A DNA stretch of 64,000 bases from Bugula neritina (lineage: Eukaryota > Animalia > Bryozoa), in NCBI GenBank assembly GCA_964035545.1, contig OZ037765.1:8566698-8630697 (forward strand), given 5' to 3'. Shown here piece after piece: positions 26,371-40,100 of the stretch. The position numbers and the translations under genes are program-made. How positions within the stretch are numbered: position 1 is the first letter of the stretch; each line of letters starts with the position of its first letter. The notes under the pieces were generated by a model, which saw only the letters and a program-made list of their open reading frames with translations, was not told where the DNA came from and searched no databases.

Positions 26371-27396
26371 TCTCTTGAGCTTTGAAATATTATATAGTTC
26401 ATTAGCTATGAAAGTAACCTGCTTTTGGTTTGTTTTACTGTATTTTTAAGATGCTAGTAGTATGTCATACAATATAGACGTAGTATAATTTAACTGGCAG
26501 TAAATAAATTGTGCAATGCAATTTAATATCATTCAACTCCTACTCACTATTACTATTAGTACATCATATTTTATTCTTGTCCATCATTCTGACTCTTTAA
26601 AATAAACTTTGCTAATCATCAATATATATTCAGATAATTGTAATTAATGGAACATATATAATGTTATACAATAATTATAAGTAGAATCAGAATGTTGTAT
26701 ATAAATTAATAAGCAGCTACTTACAGCATTATAACTATTACTTTATTAGATGCAAATACTTACAATATATATGTAGAGAGAAAGCACCTTGCTTTCAACT
26801 TTCTAACCTGTCACCGTGTGTTGACCAGCAACTTGCTTACAACATAAAGTAGTACTTAAGCATTGCATGATATGACTTCCTAGTAATCGACACTAGAGTT
26901 GCTAGTTCTATTGCAATGCAAGAACGTTGTTTACATTTGCTCTGGTTGCTTAGCAACCCTGTGTAAATTATTAGTTGTACTCGCTGTATCTCGATGTAAT
27001 CGACTTGATAATTTTCCACGTAATGTAGCTCTTCCAGTGTGCTCTATGAACTTTAACCTTTTGAGTACTACAAGCATGCATTTAATTAAATAAAACGCTG
27101 TCAACACTGATAGATCATTGTTGAATTTCTTGGAAGCGAAGAGTTGTCATTTTAAAAAGCAGAACCATATTATAATCAACAGTAGAATAAACCAAGTCTA
27201 ACAAAATATTTAAACCACCACAACTTATTTTATAACTTATAACTGTCATTGTGGTTTCACAAGTCAACTGTAATTTGTGTTAAGATTCTTATTTTCTTTA
27301 TTGAAGTTTATTTTACGAAAGAAAAACAGTAACATAACAAAATAAACACAATAATATAACAAAATAAACACAGTAATATAACAACAAACTGAAAAT

Positions 27397-30300
27397 TTAA
27401 CAAACATGTTCAATGTTATATATATTTATCACACTAAAACTATCAGGGTCAGTTTTGCTGTTGCTATAGTTGGTAAGTGCCATGAGTGCCATTTCATTGG
27501 TAACTTGCAGTTCTTCCATTACACCGTCTTCACAAAAAAGCATGGCCTGTGTCAGCAACTTTCCTATAACATTAGAGTTTACATCTTTTCAGTTACATAT
27601 AGGCTATAATAAAACTTAACTATACTCATATATAACATACTTGATTAGCAATACAAGTTACAACTCAATAGCTTATAAAAGAAACTAAAACAATATTGTG
27701 ATCAATTAAAAATAGAAACAAGTGAAGAACATAAGCAAACATTGAGTTTAAATAATAACCCATTATAAGTTAATCTTTGACCAGCTGTCACTACACATTT
27801 GAAATTTGTGGGAAAGTTAACCAAATAGCCTATAATCTCAAAGCATAACTACCTGTCTCTGAGTTTAATACAGAAATGTGTGAAGGTTTTGTAAGCACGT
27901 AGACTCTGCCAAACTTGTCACAGGCTGAAGCTACGGGTGCCATAACTGAGGCGGTGGCCCAGATAACTTCTCCTGACTCAACGTCTAGTCGAACTACTTG
28001 ATTGGTTGAACAGCATGTCACGATAACTGATTTGGTTTTCCACAGAGGACTCAGTTTTCTGACGCATCTCCTACTTTGAAATATATCTTTGACATGCAAG
28101 CCATCTGAGGAATATACAGCCAGTTTATCTCGACTTGAAATGATCAGCTTATTCTTGATCAAAGCGATACTAGCACCAAGTACATTCGAGGTTTCAAGTT
28201 TTCTAACAAACTCCCCATTTGACTGATAAATGTGTATGAATCTAAGGTACTCCGTAACATCCATTACATGCACATAGATAATTTGTTTAGAAGCTGCTAT
28301 TCCAACAATAGTATAGGATGGGTCGATTATTATAAGCTGCTTCAATTTCTTTTCTCTATCTATCTTATAGATCATAGGCCCATAACTATCGACCACATAG
28401 ACATCGTCAAACTTGTAGCTGGTCATGTGGGAGCCAAATCCATCAAACCTGTAAGTATGGCAACTATCGTTAGAGAAGGACAACTGGTGATCCATTCTTC
28501 TTGAAGCTGGCAACTTTTCGCCATCTGACAATTCCTCAGCCAGACTCTTGTCTGTTAGGCTGTTGTCTGCTTCACTATAGATATCTACCCCATCTCTCTC
28601 TGCCGCGCTGTCCTCAGTCTCACTGTTTAGAGGGAAATTAACTCTGCCAGGTTGTGGAGAGTCACCATCACACCCTGAAATAGTTCAAAGTTAAACCAAA
28701 TAAGGTGCTATTTTGTGAATATCAATAACTATAGATTGTAACATTGGCTATAAGAGTTTGAATATGTGGATGCATTACTTTCATCTGCAGGGAGGTTACT
28801 GGACAGTGTTGAAGAATAAAATGGGATACTAGCAGAGTCAACCAGTTCAACTTCAGTCTGTCTGTGTCTCTCTCCTGCAGGTAATAAAAGAACTTAAGTT
28901 GCATAACATGCGAAACTGTTTAAGTTCTCTTGCACAAACATGCAGCGCTATAAAAATTAGTATTTTAAAATATCCATTTCTGTTTTACGAAAATGCAGTG
29001 GCATTATAATTGCTTTAAAAGCATCAATAGATCAATAACAAAAATTTGAAATTTATAGTATATTTTGTAAAAAAAAGTGTTTTTAAATATTTTCTTGACC
29101 TATTACTGCTATAAGATTTGTTTAATCTTGGAGTTTTATAGTATAAGTTGCAGACTAAACAATTACAATCGGACTTTGATCAGCCCTTTTCACCTGTTAC
29201 TTTGGGCTCCAGCAATTTTGTTAAGTATAATTCTGGTAGTTCAGCATTCACTATCATCATTAAACTTTCTTCTACATCTCCACCTATTTTCAGAATTCCT
29301 CCCTAGCAAAAAATATTTATATTCCTCACATCTAATTTTAATGAAACATTTAATTAAAAAAAGATTTTGCATGCACCACTGACTTTTATGGTTCATTGTG
29401 AGGTAAAAATCTATCAATAGATTTCAGTTGAAGCTATTATCTGGCATATATGATCAAGAAAATACTGCAAGCTTATTCCATCATAATAATTTTCTGTGTC
29501 AAATAAAGCCTAGTAATTCCATAACCATATAAATTTGGTCTATACAAGCATTTTAATTATGCAAATATGAAACTTATATGAACTAATGTTTGATTAGTAT
29601 ACCATATAGCAGATAGATATTACAGTGTAGATGACTAAAACTGATGCATGTAGACCTGAGAGCATGAATAATGAGTGTATGAGAGCAAATTATAGACCTA
29701 TGAGAGCGTTTTGTGAGCATATGAGAGAGAATAATGGTTAGGTACTTTATTATAAGCATGTGAGATACAATAATAAGTGAATTTTTGACCATTTGGCACT
29801 CCATATGTAGAATGTATTTGTCTATAATATTTCTTAAATAAATAATAAAATCTACATCGACTTACTGGTCTTCGAGCCGCCAAAGTTTTCTCTAACAGTT
29901 CATTTGCTCTCTCCACTTTAGCTCTTCGAGGCTTCACGACTTCTTCGATAAATCTTGTGAATTCATCTATTACATTTTCTGCACTTTTTGACAATTTGCT
30001 TTCCAACTTGTTATATTTTGTCAAAATTTCTTTAACCTGTTAACCGAATTAAAAAGTGAAATTTTTTTATAATTTATTTATTAAATTATTGTTGAAAAGT
30101 CTTAAAATTGTGCTTTTTTATCAACTATTTTTGCCCTCAATTTATTATGAAACTTAGGAATTTAATGCCTGCATAATGTTTAAAATTCTTCAGCACTGAA
30201 ACATTTCATTATAACAATAAACCTAATTTCATAATCTAGAAATTCAAATAAAAACACGCAACAGTAAAAATTAAATTTGAAAACCAAAAGTACCTGGTCA

Positions 30301-30479
30301 TCTCTTTGTGTGTGGATTAACTGCAAATTCTTTTTCAGGTCACAATGTAGTTTCTCTACAGACTTTTCACAAGCATTGATCAAATTATTCAAGTTTTTTC
30401 TTTTATCATTCAATAAATATAAGTATTTGGCGAAACTGTCTTTTGTAGAAGGGATATTTAGATGTTTTGCTGAGGCCAT
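27397..30479 (-). CDS. Coiled-coil + acidic linker + beta-propeller protein (TRIM/NHL-like; no RING or B-box seen)
   Basis: The ATG at 30479 (MASAKH..) leads to helical heptad-rich exons (~30294-30479 and ~29866-30037). A large exon (~27854-28675) carries short beta-strand repeats (VYVVDS, IVGIAAS, VYSSDG, VASACDKFGRVYV). The in-phase last exon (~27397-27563) ends in TAA. The middle small exons were not fully resolved. Confidence 0.7.
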
Positions 30480-31407
30480 GTTCCATGAGAACACTTCAAA
30501 ATAATACATAAAACAAATTAGCTACCAAAGATTACATGTGTTTATTATCTATACTGTCCTAGTTATTACTCCCACCAACACGTAATATATAACATGTGAA
30601 GATTTTAAATTTAAATAATTACTTGACTTTATTTTTGACCTAACTCATAATTCTTTTGTCTAGACTCTAGACTCTAGAGTCTAGACTATTATTTAATGAC
30701 ATGATTTATTAGTGCCTTGGTCTTGCTTCAACAATTATTATTGAACATAGCTGCTTTTTTCAGAAAGGGGTTTAGTATTAATGTAAAAGTATAGTTAGTA
30801 TGCATGCATGAACTTCTATTATATATTACAATAACACATATTTTAGCCTAGTAAATGAACTCTAGCACTAACAGATAATTTAAGTATAGTTATTAAAAAT
30901 ATAAGCTTACATTGTGGCACTTTTTGCTGTTCATTTATTTACATTGAAATTAGATTTGAATGAAAAGTTCTAAGAATAGGGCTTCAAATTAGGTCATCAA
31001 AATATGTGAAAGCATAGTTTTTTTCTTTTAACAATTTTGCCAATAAGTAAGACTATTCAACTTGCTTAGAGCATCTTCATATAGCACAAACCAAATAGAC
31101 TCACAAGATTTTGTTAAAAATCTGTGCCATCTATCAGAAGGCATAATATATACTATAAAGTACTCTGAAAAAGTATTATGTCAAATGACTCAAATATATT
31201 TTATACAATTGCAGACATACACAATATTTTTTATAGTATTTCATATACATTACTAATTGTGCTCAGATGAATGGGCTTCAGCTTTAAAGTGATATTTATT
31301 GTTTTTAAAGAATGGGAATGGAACAGGCATTTATTTCATTTCAATGTTCCATCCACTGATACATTATTGTATTCCATTTAAGTGGCTCCAACGCTGCTTG
31401 AAGCAAT

Positions 31408-31614
31408 ACTGAGTTGGGAGCATTGAAATAAAACATTTTCTAGTTTAGTGTTTGGGAAGGTCTCGAGTTTGGAGTTAGGACCATTGAGCTATAACTATTA
31501 TTAGAAAGCAATGAACTCAATAATATTAACCAGCTCAGTGTTGGAAAGTTTTAGTTCATTGGTTCAATCACCGATGTGTTTACAAAAACTGTACTTTGTC
31601 ACTCCCAACTCGGT
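31408..31614. mobile_element. MITE with ~13-bp terminal inverted repeats
   Basis: ACTGAGTTGGGAG (31408-31420) and CTCCCAACTCGGT (31602-31614) are complementary at 12 of 13 positions. Confidence 0.6.
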
Positions 31615-31924
31615 GCTGCTTCTAATGATCCTCTCAACACTAGAGCTCAAGTATGAAACCGTAGGACGTAGGTGCAGCGAGTCACTTAATTACCATTCTC
31701 AAGCAATGCTTTGTAAGAAATATCAAACTCAATCACGATGCCACTGTAACGTGAACTATTATAATTTATAACCCCTTTCATCTATGGTGTACAACTCAGT
31801 GTGAGTATAAGCTTGTATATAATATGTACCTAAAGCCATTGTAAATGTCCTCTGATTCTGTAAAAAATTGTGTAAACTCAATAGCCTTACATTTGTTACT
31901 GTTAGGAGTCATCTTCATCTTGAA

Positions 31925-32290
31925 CTGCTACTAGTACTACTACTAGACCAGACTAAGACTGACACTGACAGTGACTTACTCTAACTTTTACTGTTAGAGC
32001 TCTGCTTTTCACTTTCACTGAAAGTTTCAGTTTTACTTTCACACTTAAACTTTGACTTACAGTGTGAGTGTCAGTTAGACGTGGTGTTACCGGTAGTGTT
32101 ACTATTAGTATTACACTCGTTCAAGTTACTCACCCACTGTCAGTGTGAGTGTCACTGCCCTTGGCAGCTTACAGTTACGAAGCCGCATTACTCTTACATT
32201 TACAATTACTTTTAGAGTAACATAGTTGATGTTATAGTTATACTAAAAAGTAAGAGTAAAACTGAAAGTAATTATGACTCTAAGTATTAA
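31925..32290. other. ACT/AGT-enriched low-complexity tract between divergent genes
   Basis: Dense ACT/AGT/GAC/TTA words with no long ORF; boundaries are diffuse. Confidence 0.6.
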
Positions 32291-34298
32291 GCATAAAATA
32301 AAAAAATGGACATAATCATAATGCAATGATATAATTATATATGCTGACTATATTTAATATTTATTGTTTGAGATTGAACAATTTAAAATCATCAAGATTA
32401 TCTACTAGAGAAGCACTATTTCTATGATCACCATTATAATTATAGCTAGCCTATTACCCAAACTGAAACTAAGACTAATTTATATAAATCATATTGATAC
32501 GTTACTCGAGGTTTTAAAACCCTGTCATTAGTTCTGCCAGTATTACTCTCAAGATTCAGCATTGAAAAATCTAGTTTGTTGGTAAAACTAAGTCTAAAAA
32601 TAAATATAAAAATGGTTTAAATGCCAAAAATACTATAGCAATCTAGATCTTAAAGTCTCTTAATTTCCATTAGATTAATATTACTATATGAGTATACCTG
32701 TTAGTGTTGTTGTCACTCATCAATGACAATGTGTAACTTTATCAGTATGATTCAATAAGTGTATGACTAATACCAACACTATGTAAAACTAAAACCACAG
32801 CCCTTCAGCTCCTTAGGCTTAGAGTTAGTCCTTACACTTCTGACTTAATCTAAACACTTAGACTCAAAATGCTTGATAAGTTATATATTTTGTATGTGTT
32901 ACTTACCAGCTGGTCAATTACTAAGTGATCAGTAACTTGGGATTATCTAAATTCTAGGCTGGTTATAGCTATAATACTTAATAGCTATATTGCTATACAT
33001 ACTATTGTTAAGCTCTACATCTTCTATCAGCGCTTGATCATATAGACATAATACAGTAGACCATAACTATGTGCATAAACAACAGTATGCCACTACAACA
33101 ATGCTTTATGCCAGAAATGAATTGAATTTAAATGATAACAAACCTTAATAAATTATTTCCACTCTGGCTTAAATTAACCCTATTTAATTTCAGTTTTATT
33201 ATTAGGTCTTTAAATTGTCATTCTGAAATAAAGTTTTAATTTTGGAAAAATTGCTATTGTAATTTGTTTGTAATCATTATTTTTATATACCTTACCCACC
33301 CATTATAAATGAATGGTAAATTTTAGAATATTAATATTTACATGAGGTCTGGTTTAAGCCTCTAACAGTCTAACTTATAATACACCTTATTATAGTGTTA
33401 AGAATTTATATAATAAATTAGTAAAAACATTTGCTTCCATGCTCATTATAATTCAGATTTTACACCAAGCCTATGACTAGTCTACCTGTACCATTAGCCT
33501 GGTGTCACTATTTTTAACTTACTTGATTTAGTGCTAAGAAGAGAAGCACTGTTTTAAGATATGCATGTGGCTTATTAACTGATAGTGAAGCTTAAACTTT
33601 GCCGTAACAGTTATAGTTTCTATAATCATTTAAAAATAGGACTTTTGATTTTGTTGAAAGTTTGCTAAAATTTATATCGTTTTGTGTTGTCATTTTATTT
33701 TAGTGCAGCTACTGCATGGGTATATTTTTGTCAAGCTTTATATAAATATGAATTTTTATATTGGTTCTATTTAGACATCAAATTTCTATCAACTATATTA
33801 CTTGAAGTCATAGTCTTTTCAGTATGAAACTTTGCTGGTTTAAGCTGTTCACATTGACTGGCAAAACCACTTTACATCTAATTTTTAGGCTAAAAGTCTA
33901 TTCTCACCTCAAAGTTTAAGTCATTCTTTCTATCTCCGCTTTGTCCTGTTCGGGTAGCTGGGTGGAACATATGATTTTATTATTTGCTAAATTGTTCAGC
34001 CATGCTGAGTTGAGAATAAAATAATAAATTTCAATACTAGTTGTATATGATAAACTAGAAAGATATTAAGGAGAATTACACAACTTGTATAAACTGTTAA
34101 ATGTAAATGTAAATTACTTTTAATTTTCTGAGTAAACATTTGTGGTTACCTTTTTTTGTTTAATTAGTCTATTACTGAATTTTTAGCACTTGTAAGCTTT
34201 CTCTCTACTTGACTGAAGCAACCTTTTGTTTTATGTTTTTTCCAATTTTTTACTATAGAGTTAATTAGTCTATGTATCTTTAAATATAGATCCACAAG

Positions 34299-34479
34299 AT
34301 GATAATATCTCAAATACGGAAAAAAGGGAGCATCACCAGCAAATGTGAACCAGAGGTGGGTTAGTGAATGCAGTTGTGTGTTAGTCTTAGCATTCTTTCA
34401 CATTCACAGCTGAATAGTCAAAGTGAGAGAATCTTAAAAAAACTTGGAAGCTGCTAATCATAGCATTTCATATTATATT

Positions 34480-34532
<53 letters not shown>

Positions 34533-36655
34533 ATATTTATATTATATTATATTTATTCAGCAGTTGCATATTTTGTACATTTTAAATGTTTGAGCTCTTC
34601 TGATGCCTAATACTTGTCGATAGCTTTAAAAATTTTAAAATATACCTTCATCTACCTACTGTAAAAGTATGTAGGCTGCACCGCTAAATAATATTATATT
34701 ATTGTATGGGGAGGGGGTGGTGGTGATATATTTCATCTGAAATGTTTGGTTTTTAATATTTTACAATTTACTTGGACGCTGCAAAAAGCTTTATTTCAAG
34801 TGAATTCAAGAAATTTTAAACTTTTTAATGGGGCCACAAAGTTTCATATCTTTAAGGTTAGTATTTCAAGTAATAACTTTTATCAGGATGTCTTGCACTA
34901 TGTAACTCAGGTCCTTGTATCATTTAAATTGTTACCAATTCTATGTTTGTGTGATCTGTTTACTATAGGAAGTAGTTTTTCAAGAACCAGGTTTAAAAAT
35001 AACCAACAAGGCTGAAGGAAAAGGCCATTCTAGAAAATCTGCCAACAAGAAAGAAAAAGAGTTGAATAGACGAGTTCAGAAAATATTCAATAAAGAGAGA
35101 TCCGAAGGCAATGCTCTACCCTCTGTGATAAAAGATTTAGAACTTACTACTGCTCTAAGGTAGCTGCTGCTATAGATTCTATGTATCTACAAACAATACA
35201 TACATGTGAGATGGTGTGTTAGCTTCTAGTAATACTGTTGCTTAGATGCTCCATAAAATAAAATAGAACCAAAATATTATAATATAAGTGCTACTATATT
35301 TTAGTGCACTGGTTGTATTATTGCATTATTATAGACAATTTTCAACTAGTAATAGATGGATGTTATACAATAATAGATATGTGGTATAGGTGAGTAATAT
35401 AAGTATAGGTAAATGGTATAGGTGAGTAATATAAGTATAGGTAAATGGTATAGGTGCGTAATATAGGTATAGGTAAATGGTATAGGTGAGTAATATAAGT
35501 ATAGGTAAATGGTATAGGTGCGTAATATAAGCATAGATAACTGGTCTACTTGCAAGATCACTAACTAAACAATAAGACTCACAATCTAAATTCATTTGGT
35601 CCGTTTCACAGGACCCAGGTGTTTGAGTTGGGTGCCTCTTCCATTGAGCTGGATAAAAGGGGAAAGGCTCTGGAAAAGTGGAAGAAGCGTCACAGAGCTC
35701 CCAATGAAATGCTAACCAAGTGGAATTCTGTTCACAAGTCAACTTTAGCCTACCCTAAGTTGATGGATAAAGCATTTGAGGACAAAGCTGAATTGTTTGC
35801 GGCAAAAGTAAGTAAATTCTATTGCAACAAGCTAAGAGGGTTTTTAGAAAACTTTTTATAAAAACATTATTCCAAAGTTTGTTGACCTTAATTTTATATG
35901 TAGTTCATAATTTGATCTTGAGCATAAAATCATCATACTATGCTGCTTTTAATCAAGGAAATGCTCTTCTGTTACATGAAGGAGAACACAACTTCTTACT
36001 AGTTTTGTGGAGAATTTATTACGCTCAAATACGCATATCATCTTATTAATGAAAACCCAACTATTCCCATTTTCAGTTGGTTTAATACTTATGAAGCACA
36101 ACTTGCTGAGTGCAATATTGGTTGTACTAGCTTATGACAATAACTAAGAATAATACAAAGGGTTTTATTGTTCGAAAATTGAAAGAACTGCTGAGAGATA
36201 TTGTTTTCAATCAGTTCAATTTAAATAAAAATAAATATTTGTTTTCATAAAGTCAAGTTTACAGCCGCCAAGGAAAAGTTAGGTACATCAAGCCTATCAG
36301 TAGACATATCAATATAGTAACTTTACAAAGTTGAATATCAACTTTCCTGTAGCATTGAAGTTGTTTGTTGTTGAATTATCTCTACTGTACCTCCAATATG
36401 ATATACAAACTGCAAAAATTCATGCTTAATTTTTATTTTTTGTAGGAACGAGAATATTTTGGTGATGACATGGTAGATCAGCGTAGAGTTAGAAGAAAAC
36501 ATAAAAGTGGAATTGATGTGCCCTCTCACCTTTACGGCAAGCATTTGTCTCGAACTAAAGTAGGTAAATTCAAGAATGGTGTGTTGAAATTAACCAATCA
36601 AGATATGAGAAATATGAAGTATAGATCAGATAAACACAAGCCACACAGACGATGA
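34299..36655 (+). CDS. C1orf131: C1orf131/FSAF1-like (DUF4602) basic ribosome-biogenesis factor, 4 coding exons
   Basis: Exons at approximately 34299-34355, 34969-35159, 35612-35807 and 36446-36655 splice in frame. They encode PEEVVFQEP, RTQVFELGAS and a C-terminal VGKFKNGVLKLT that matches my recollection of the family motif VGKFKNGxLxL. Confidence 0.72.
34485..34535. repeat. (TA)n microsatellite
   Basis: Directly visible. Confidence 0.95.
35383..35535 (+). repeat. 32-bp minisatellite (GGTATAGGTGAGTAATATAAGTATAGGTAAAT), about 4.7 copies, intronic
   Basis: Units start at 35383, 35415, 35447, 35479 and 35511; they explain the repetitive ORFs 35329-35742 and 35346-35561. Confidence 0.96.
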
Positions 36656-37105
36656 CCGTAGCTCTTTAGTCTATGCACCACGCCTACACTGTTCAGCAAA
36701 CAAGTATTTGCTGTGTATAGTTTTATATGCATCGGACAAACTATTGAAGTTGTAGCAGCATTTTCTTTAATGTTGAAGTAATTTCTTTTTAATAGATTAT
36801 TTAATAGAAATTATGTATAAGAAATGAGTGACAGTCAGTAGTTGAGTTATCAAAAGATTTGCTGTTTGCTGATTAGTTTTAACTATTTAACTTGAAATAA
36901 TGATAGCATAGCTGTATTGATTACAAACATTTAGTTATCATGATTGTTCTGATAGCCATAAAGCTGCAACAATATTATTTTGATGGCATTTCATCTGGAA
37001 TCTGTAAAATGTGAAATTTTGAAATAATCTGTGAAGATAGTATTATATAGAGTATAGCACTGTAATTATTGTAATTCTTATATTTTATTGTACAAAATAA
37101 AGATC

Positions 37106-40100
37106 ATGAATTCTCTATTGTCACTTACTCAGCTTGTGAATTTAGCAATTGGTAGCCCCGAAGTTGGTGCTGTTAATTTCACTGCACTTCAGCAGCTGCT
37201 CCACGCTATAGTTAGAAAGCTGAGTCTACATCATACTGATAGGGGGTTTGAGAGCCCTGATGCACCAGCTTCAGGTAAAAGTAAACTAGCAAAAATATCT
37301 GGCGATGCTGAGAGTTTCGATACACAGGAAGTTTCACAAGAAAATCTGGAAAGTGATTCATCTTCTAGATCTAGTCACCATTTGAATGGAGGTCACGAAG
37401 AAGAGGAAAGTGCAAAAACTGACCCCAGGTGTATAGCTAGTATGTGGCAATACCTACTTCTCTCTAAGAAAGTTGAAGCCAATGAATCTGGCATTAAAGC
37501 AGTAAGTTGCTTTCCTCCTATCAAAGTTTTTGTTGGAGTTTTAACAAATGAATATCAACTCTTTTACTCTGTCTATACAGGCCATGGATCTGTTGCAAGA
37601 TCTTTTTAAAGATTCTGAAAAAGCTAAACAGAAGGACAATAAACAGGTATGCTAAGCCAATTCTTGCCAAATTTAATCCCAAACAAGAATTAGTCGAAAT
37701 ACTTCATCATAATATTTTATTGTGTTATAATGAATTATATTTTTCGCAAAATAATTTAATGAAAAATTAAGTGTAAAACTTTTTTTGTGGATTGAAAATG
37801 AGCTGCATGATCATGATAAATGATGATATCACGCAGGAATGCAACATAATTGTGAACCACTCTAAGCATCTCAGCTTTACATACTGATACATAAAAAAGA
37901 TCAAAGGGTCAGGTTGAGTTGGTTAAAATGTTATCGTAAATTTTGACAATTTGTTGGAAACAACAATAGTGTTAAACCTATTGAATGTAGCAGCATAAAT
38001 ATTTTTTAAATAATATCTTGTTATCTTGTGAACCTAGGTGGATAGTAATCCAATGTCAAATGATAAAGTTGCAAATTTGGAAGCACGATTGGCAGTGATA
38101 GAAAAGAAGTTGAAAAGTGTGAGTATTACCAGAAAACTAAATTACTTTTTATACTGATAAAGTTATTGCTTGCAGATTATTAGCTTGGAAATGGCAATAT
38201 TATTAGATATACTTTCTTATTTTGTCGTCTTCAATTCTAAAGGTATGGCTATAATAGTTGTGTACAACATTGTTGTATTAAAATTCAAAACATAGAGTAT
38301 AATCAATGAAGCAACCACAGTAGCTACTATATAAAAGATGTAGGCTAAATAAGGTGTTGTGGAAAGCATTTTTTAGTCATAGGCAAGTTTCCCAATTGAT
38401 TTTAGTGTATATTATATACTTTTTAATAGATGAATGCACTGTTGCAAGGTTTTTCATAGGTGCATTTTTACCTAATAATATAGGGTTCAGCCAAGAAAAT
38501 TAATTTACCAGAAAGAATGGCAGAAGAAAAGCCTCGACATATAGGACCAGCTAAAGAAGGTTTTTCAGATTTAGACATACCTACTAACACTGATACTGTA
38601 AAAATAATTCACTCAGTACCAGTAAAACCTCTCAAAGACAGTTTCTCAGAAATCCATGCGATTAAACGCTCATTTGAAGATTTTAAGGTGAGCCTAATGA
38701 ACAGCAAATATTTCACATGTTAGGTGAAGACAACTCCTTTCTAATACGTTTGCAATAAATTATTGTTTTGAAGGTTAAGTTCAATGATTACCCAACCAAA
38801 GAGCTTTTGGTAACTTGGCCTGATTTAGAAGCATCAATTAAGACATTACGTGGTGATCTTTTGTTGAAGGTAAATAGCCTATAATCATGGTCTTATATAC
38901 ATGTATATTTAAAAAGAATATTTTAGTGTATTACTGAGCTTTTTATTACAAAATCATCATCAACTTAAACAGCCTAAATTTTTCTGCTCTTGACTTGAAT
39001 TTGTGTCATAAAAGGTATATTTTATATATCTTTTATGTGTTTCCTAGTTTTAGTGTGTGTAACATTGAACTATAGCTGGGAAGTTTTAGTTCATTGGTGT
39101 GTAAAGTGTTTGATAATAAAGCCATTTGGCTTTGACAGCTGAAATATAATATTGGTGTGTAAATATACTTGGGAATTGTCATCTTATGGCTATGTGAATA
39201 CAGGCATGAAATTCTTATTTAAAACTTAGTCCTAGGTGCAAGGCCTACACTGGGTCTAATCAAGTGTTTCTTTTATTATATGAAATGAAGAAATGTAAAA
39301 TAAATATTATTAATTTTGGATATCACCATTCGCTTAACTGCATAAATGCTATAAGTTTTCACTAAAAACTTATTAAAGTTATAAAAATGAATATACAGGA
39401 ACAAGCAGCTGTACCTAACACTTCTAACATTCAAGACTCACATGCAAGTAAAATATCTGATGAATTGAAGCTTGCATTACAAAATATAAATGAAAATACC
39501 AAAAGAATAAGACAGTTAGATGGTAGGCTAACACGGTTTGATGGGCTGACAGAAGACAATACAAAACCTCATACAAGCTTTAGCAAAGCATCACTAGATG
39601 GAATTCACATACAAATTGGTAGAAATCATTGTTATACAAAGTTGTATATTTCAATGTGTAACATAATATTAGTTGATATGACTTGTGCACATACGATGAG
39701 AGGTTTTGTGCTAATTACTTATCTAGTAAATTTATTCAACTTCATACAAAACTACAATGTTCTTTATTAAATCTAATTTCCATTAGCATGAAGTATTGTG
39801 TTGATATTTTAGATAAACTTGCATACTATTAGTTATCTTCAAGTATCATCCATATCAAACTGTTTGTAGATAATATAGAGACCCTTTCTAGAAAGGTTAG
39901 TAGTATTTCAGCTCAAATGGAGAATCTGGATGAAATGAGACAAAGGGTTAGTCAACACATGTTGAAGCTTTGTAAAAGTTTCCAAACGATTAGTCAAGGT
40001 TTTTATAGTGCCCATGCAGCAATATACCATATTTTATCCACAAGTTTCTTTGATCTATGATTTTCTGTGTTGATCATTCTCACAGGTTTACAATTTAGAA

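Noticed and set aside
26930-27077. Basic minus-strand ORF MLVVLKRLKFIEHTGRATLRGKLSSRLHR as a mitochondrial-targeting first exon for TIR paralogue B
   Set aside because: Its candidate donor is phase 2 and gives a stop codon with both plausible acceptors near 26380; no in-frame join was found.
35329-35742. Repetitive minus-strand ORFs (137 aa and 71 aa)
   Set aside because: They are translations of the 32-bp minisatellite, antisense to a real gene.
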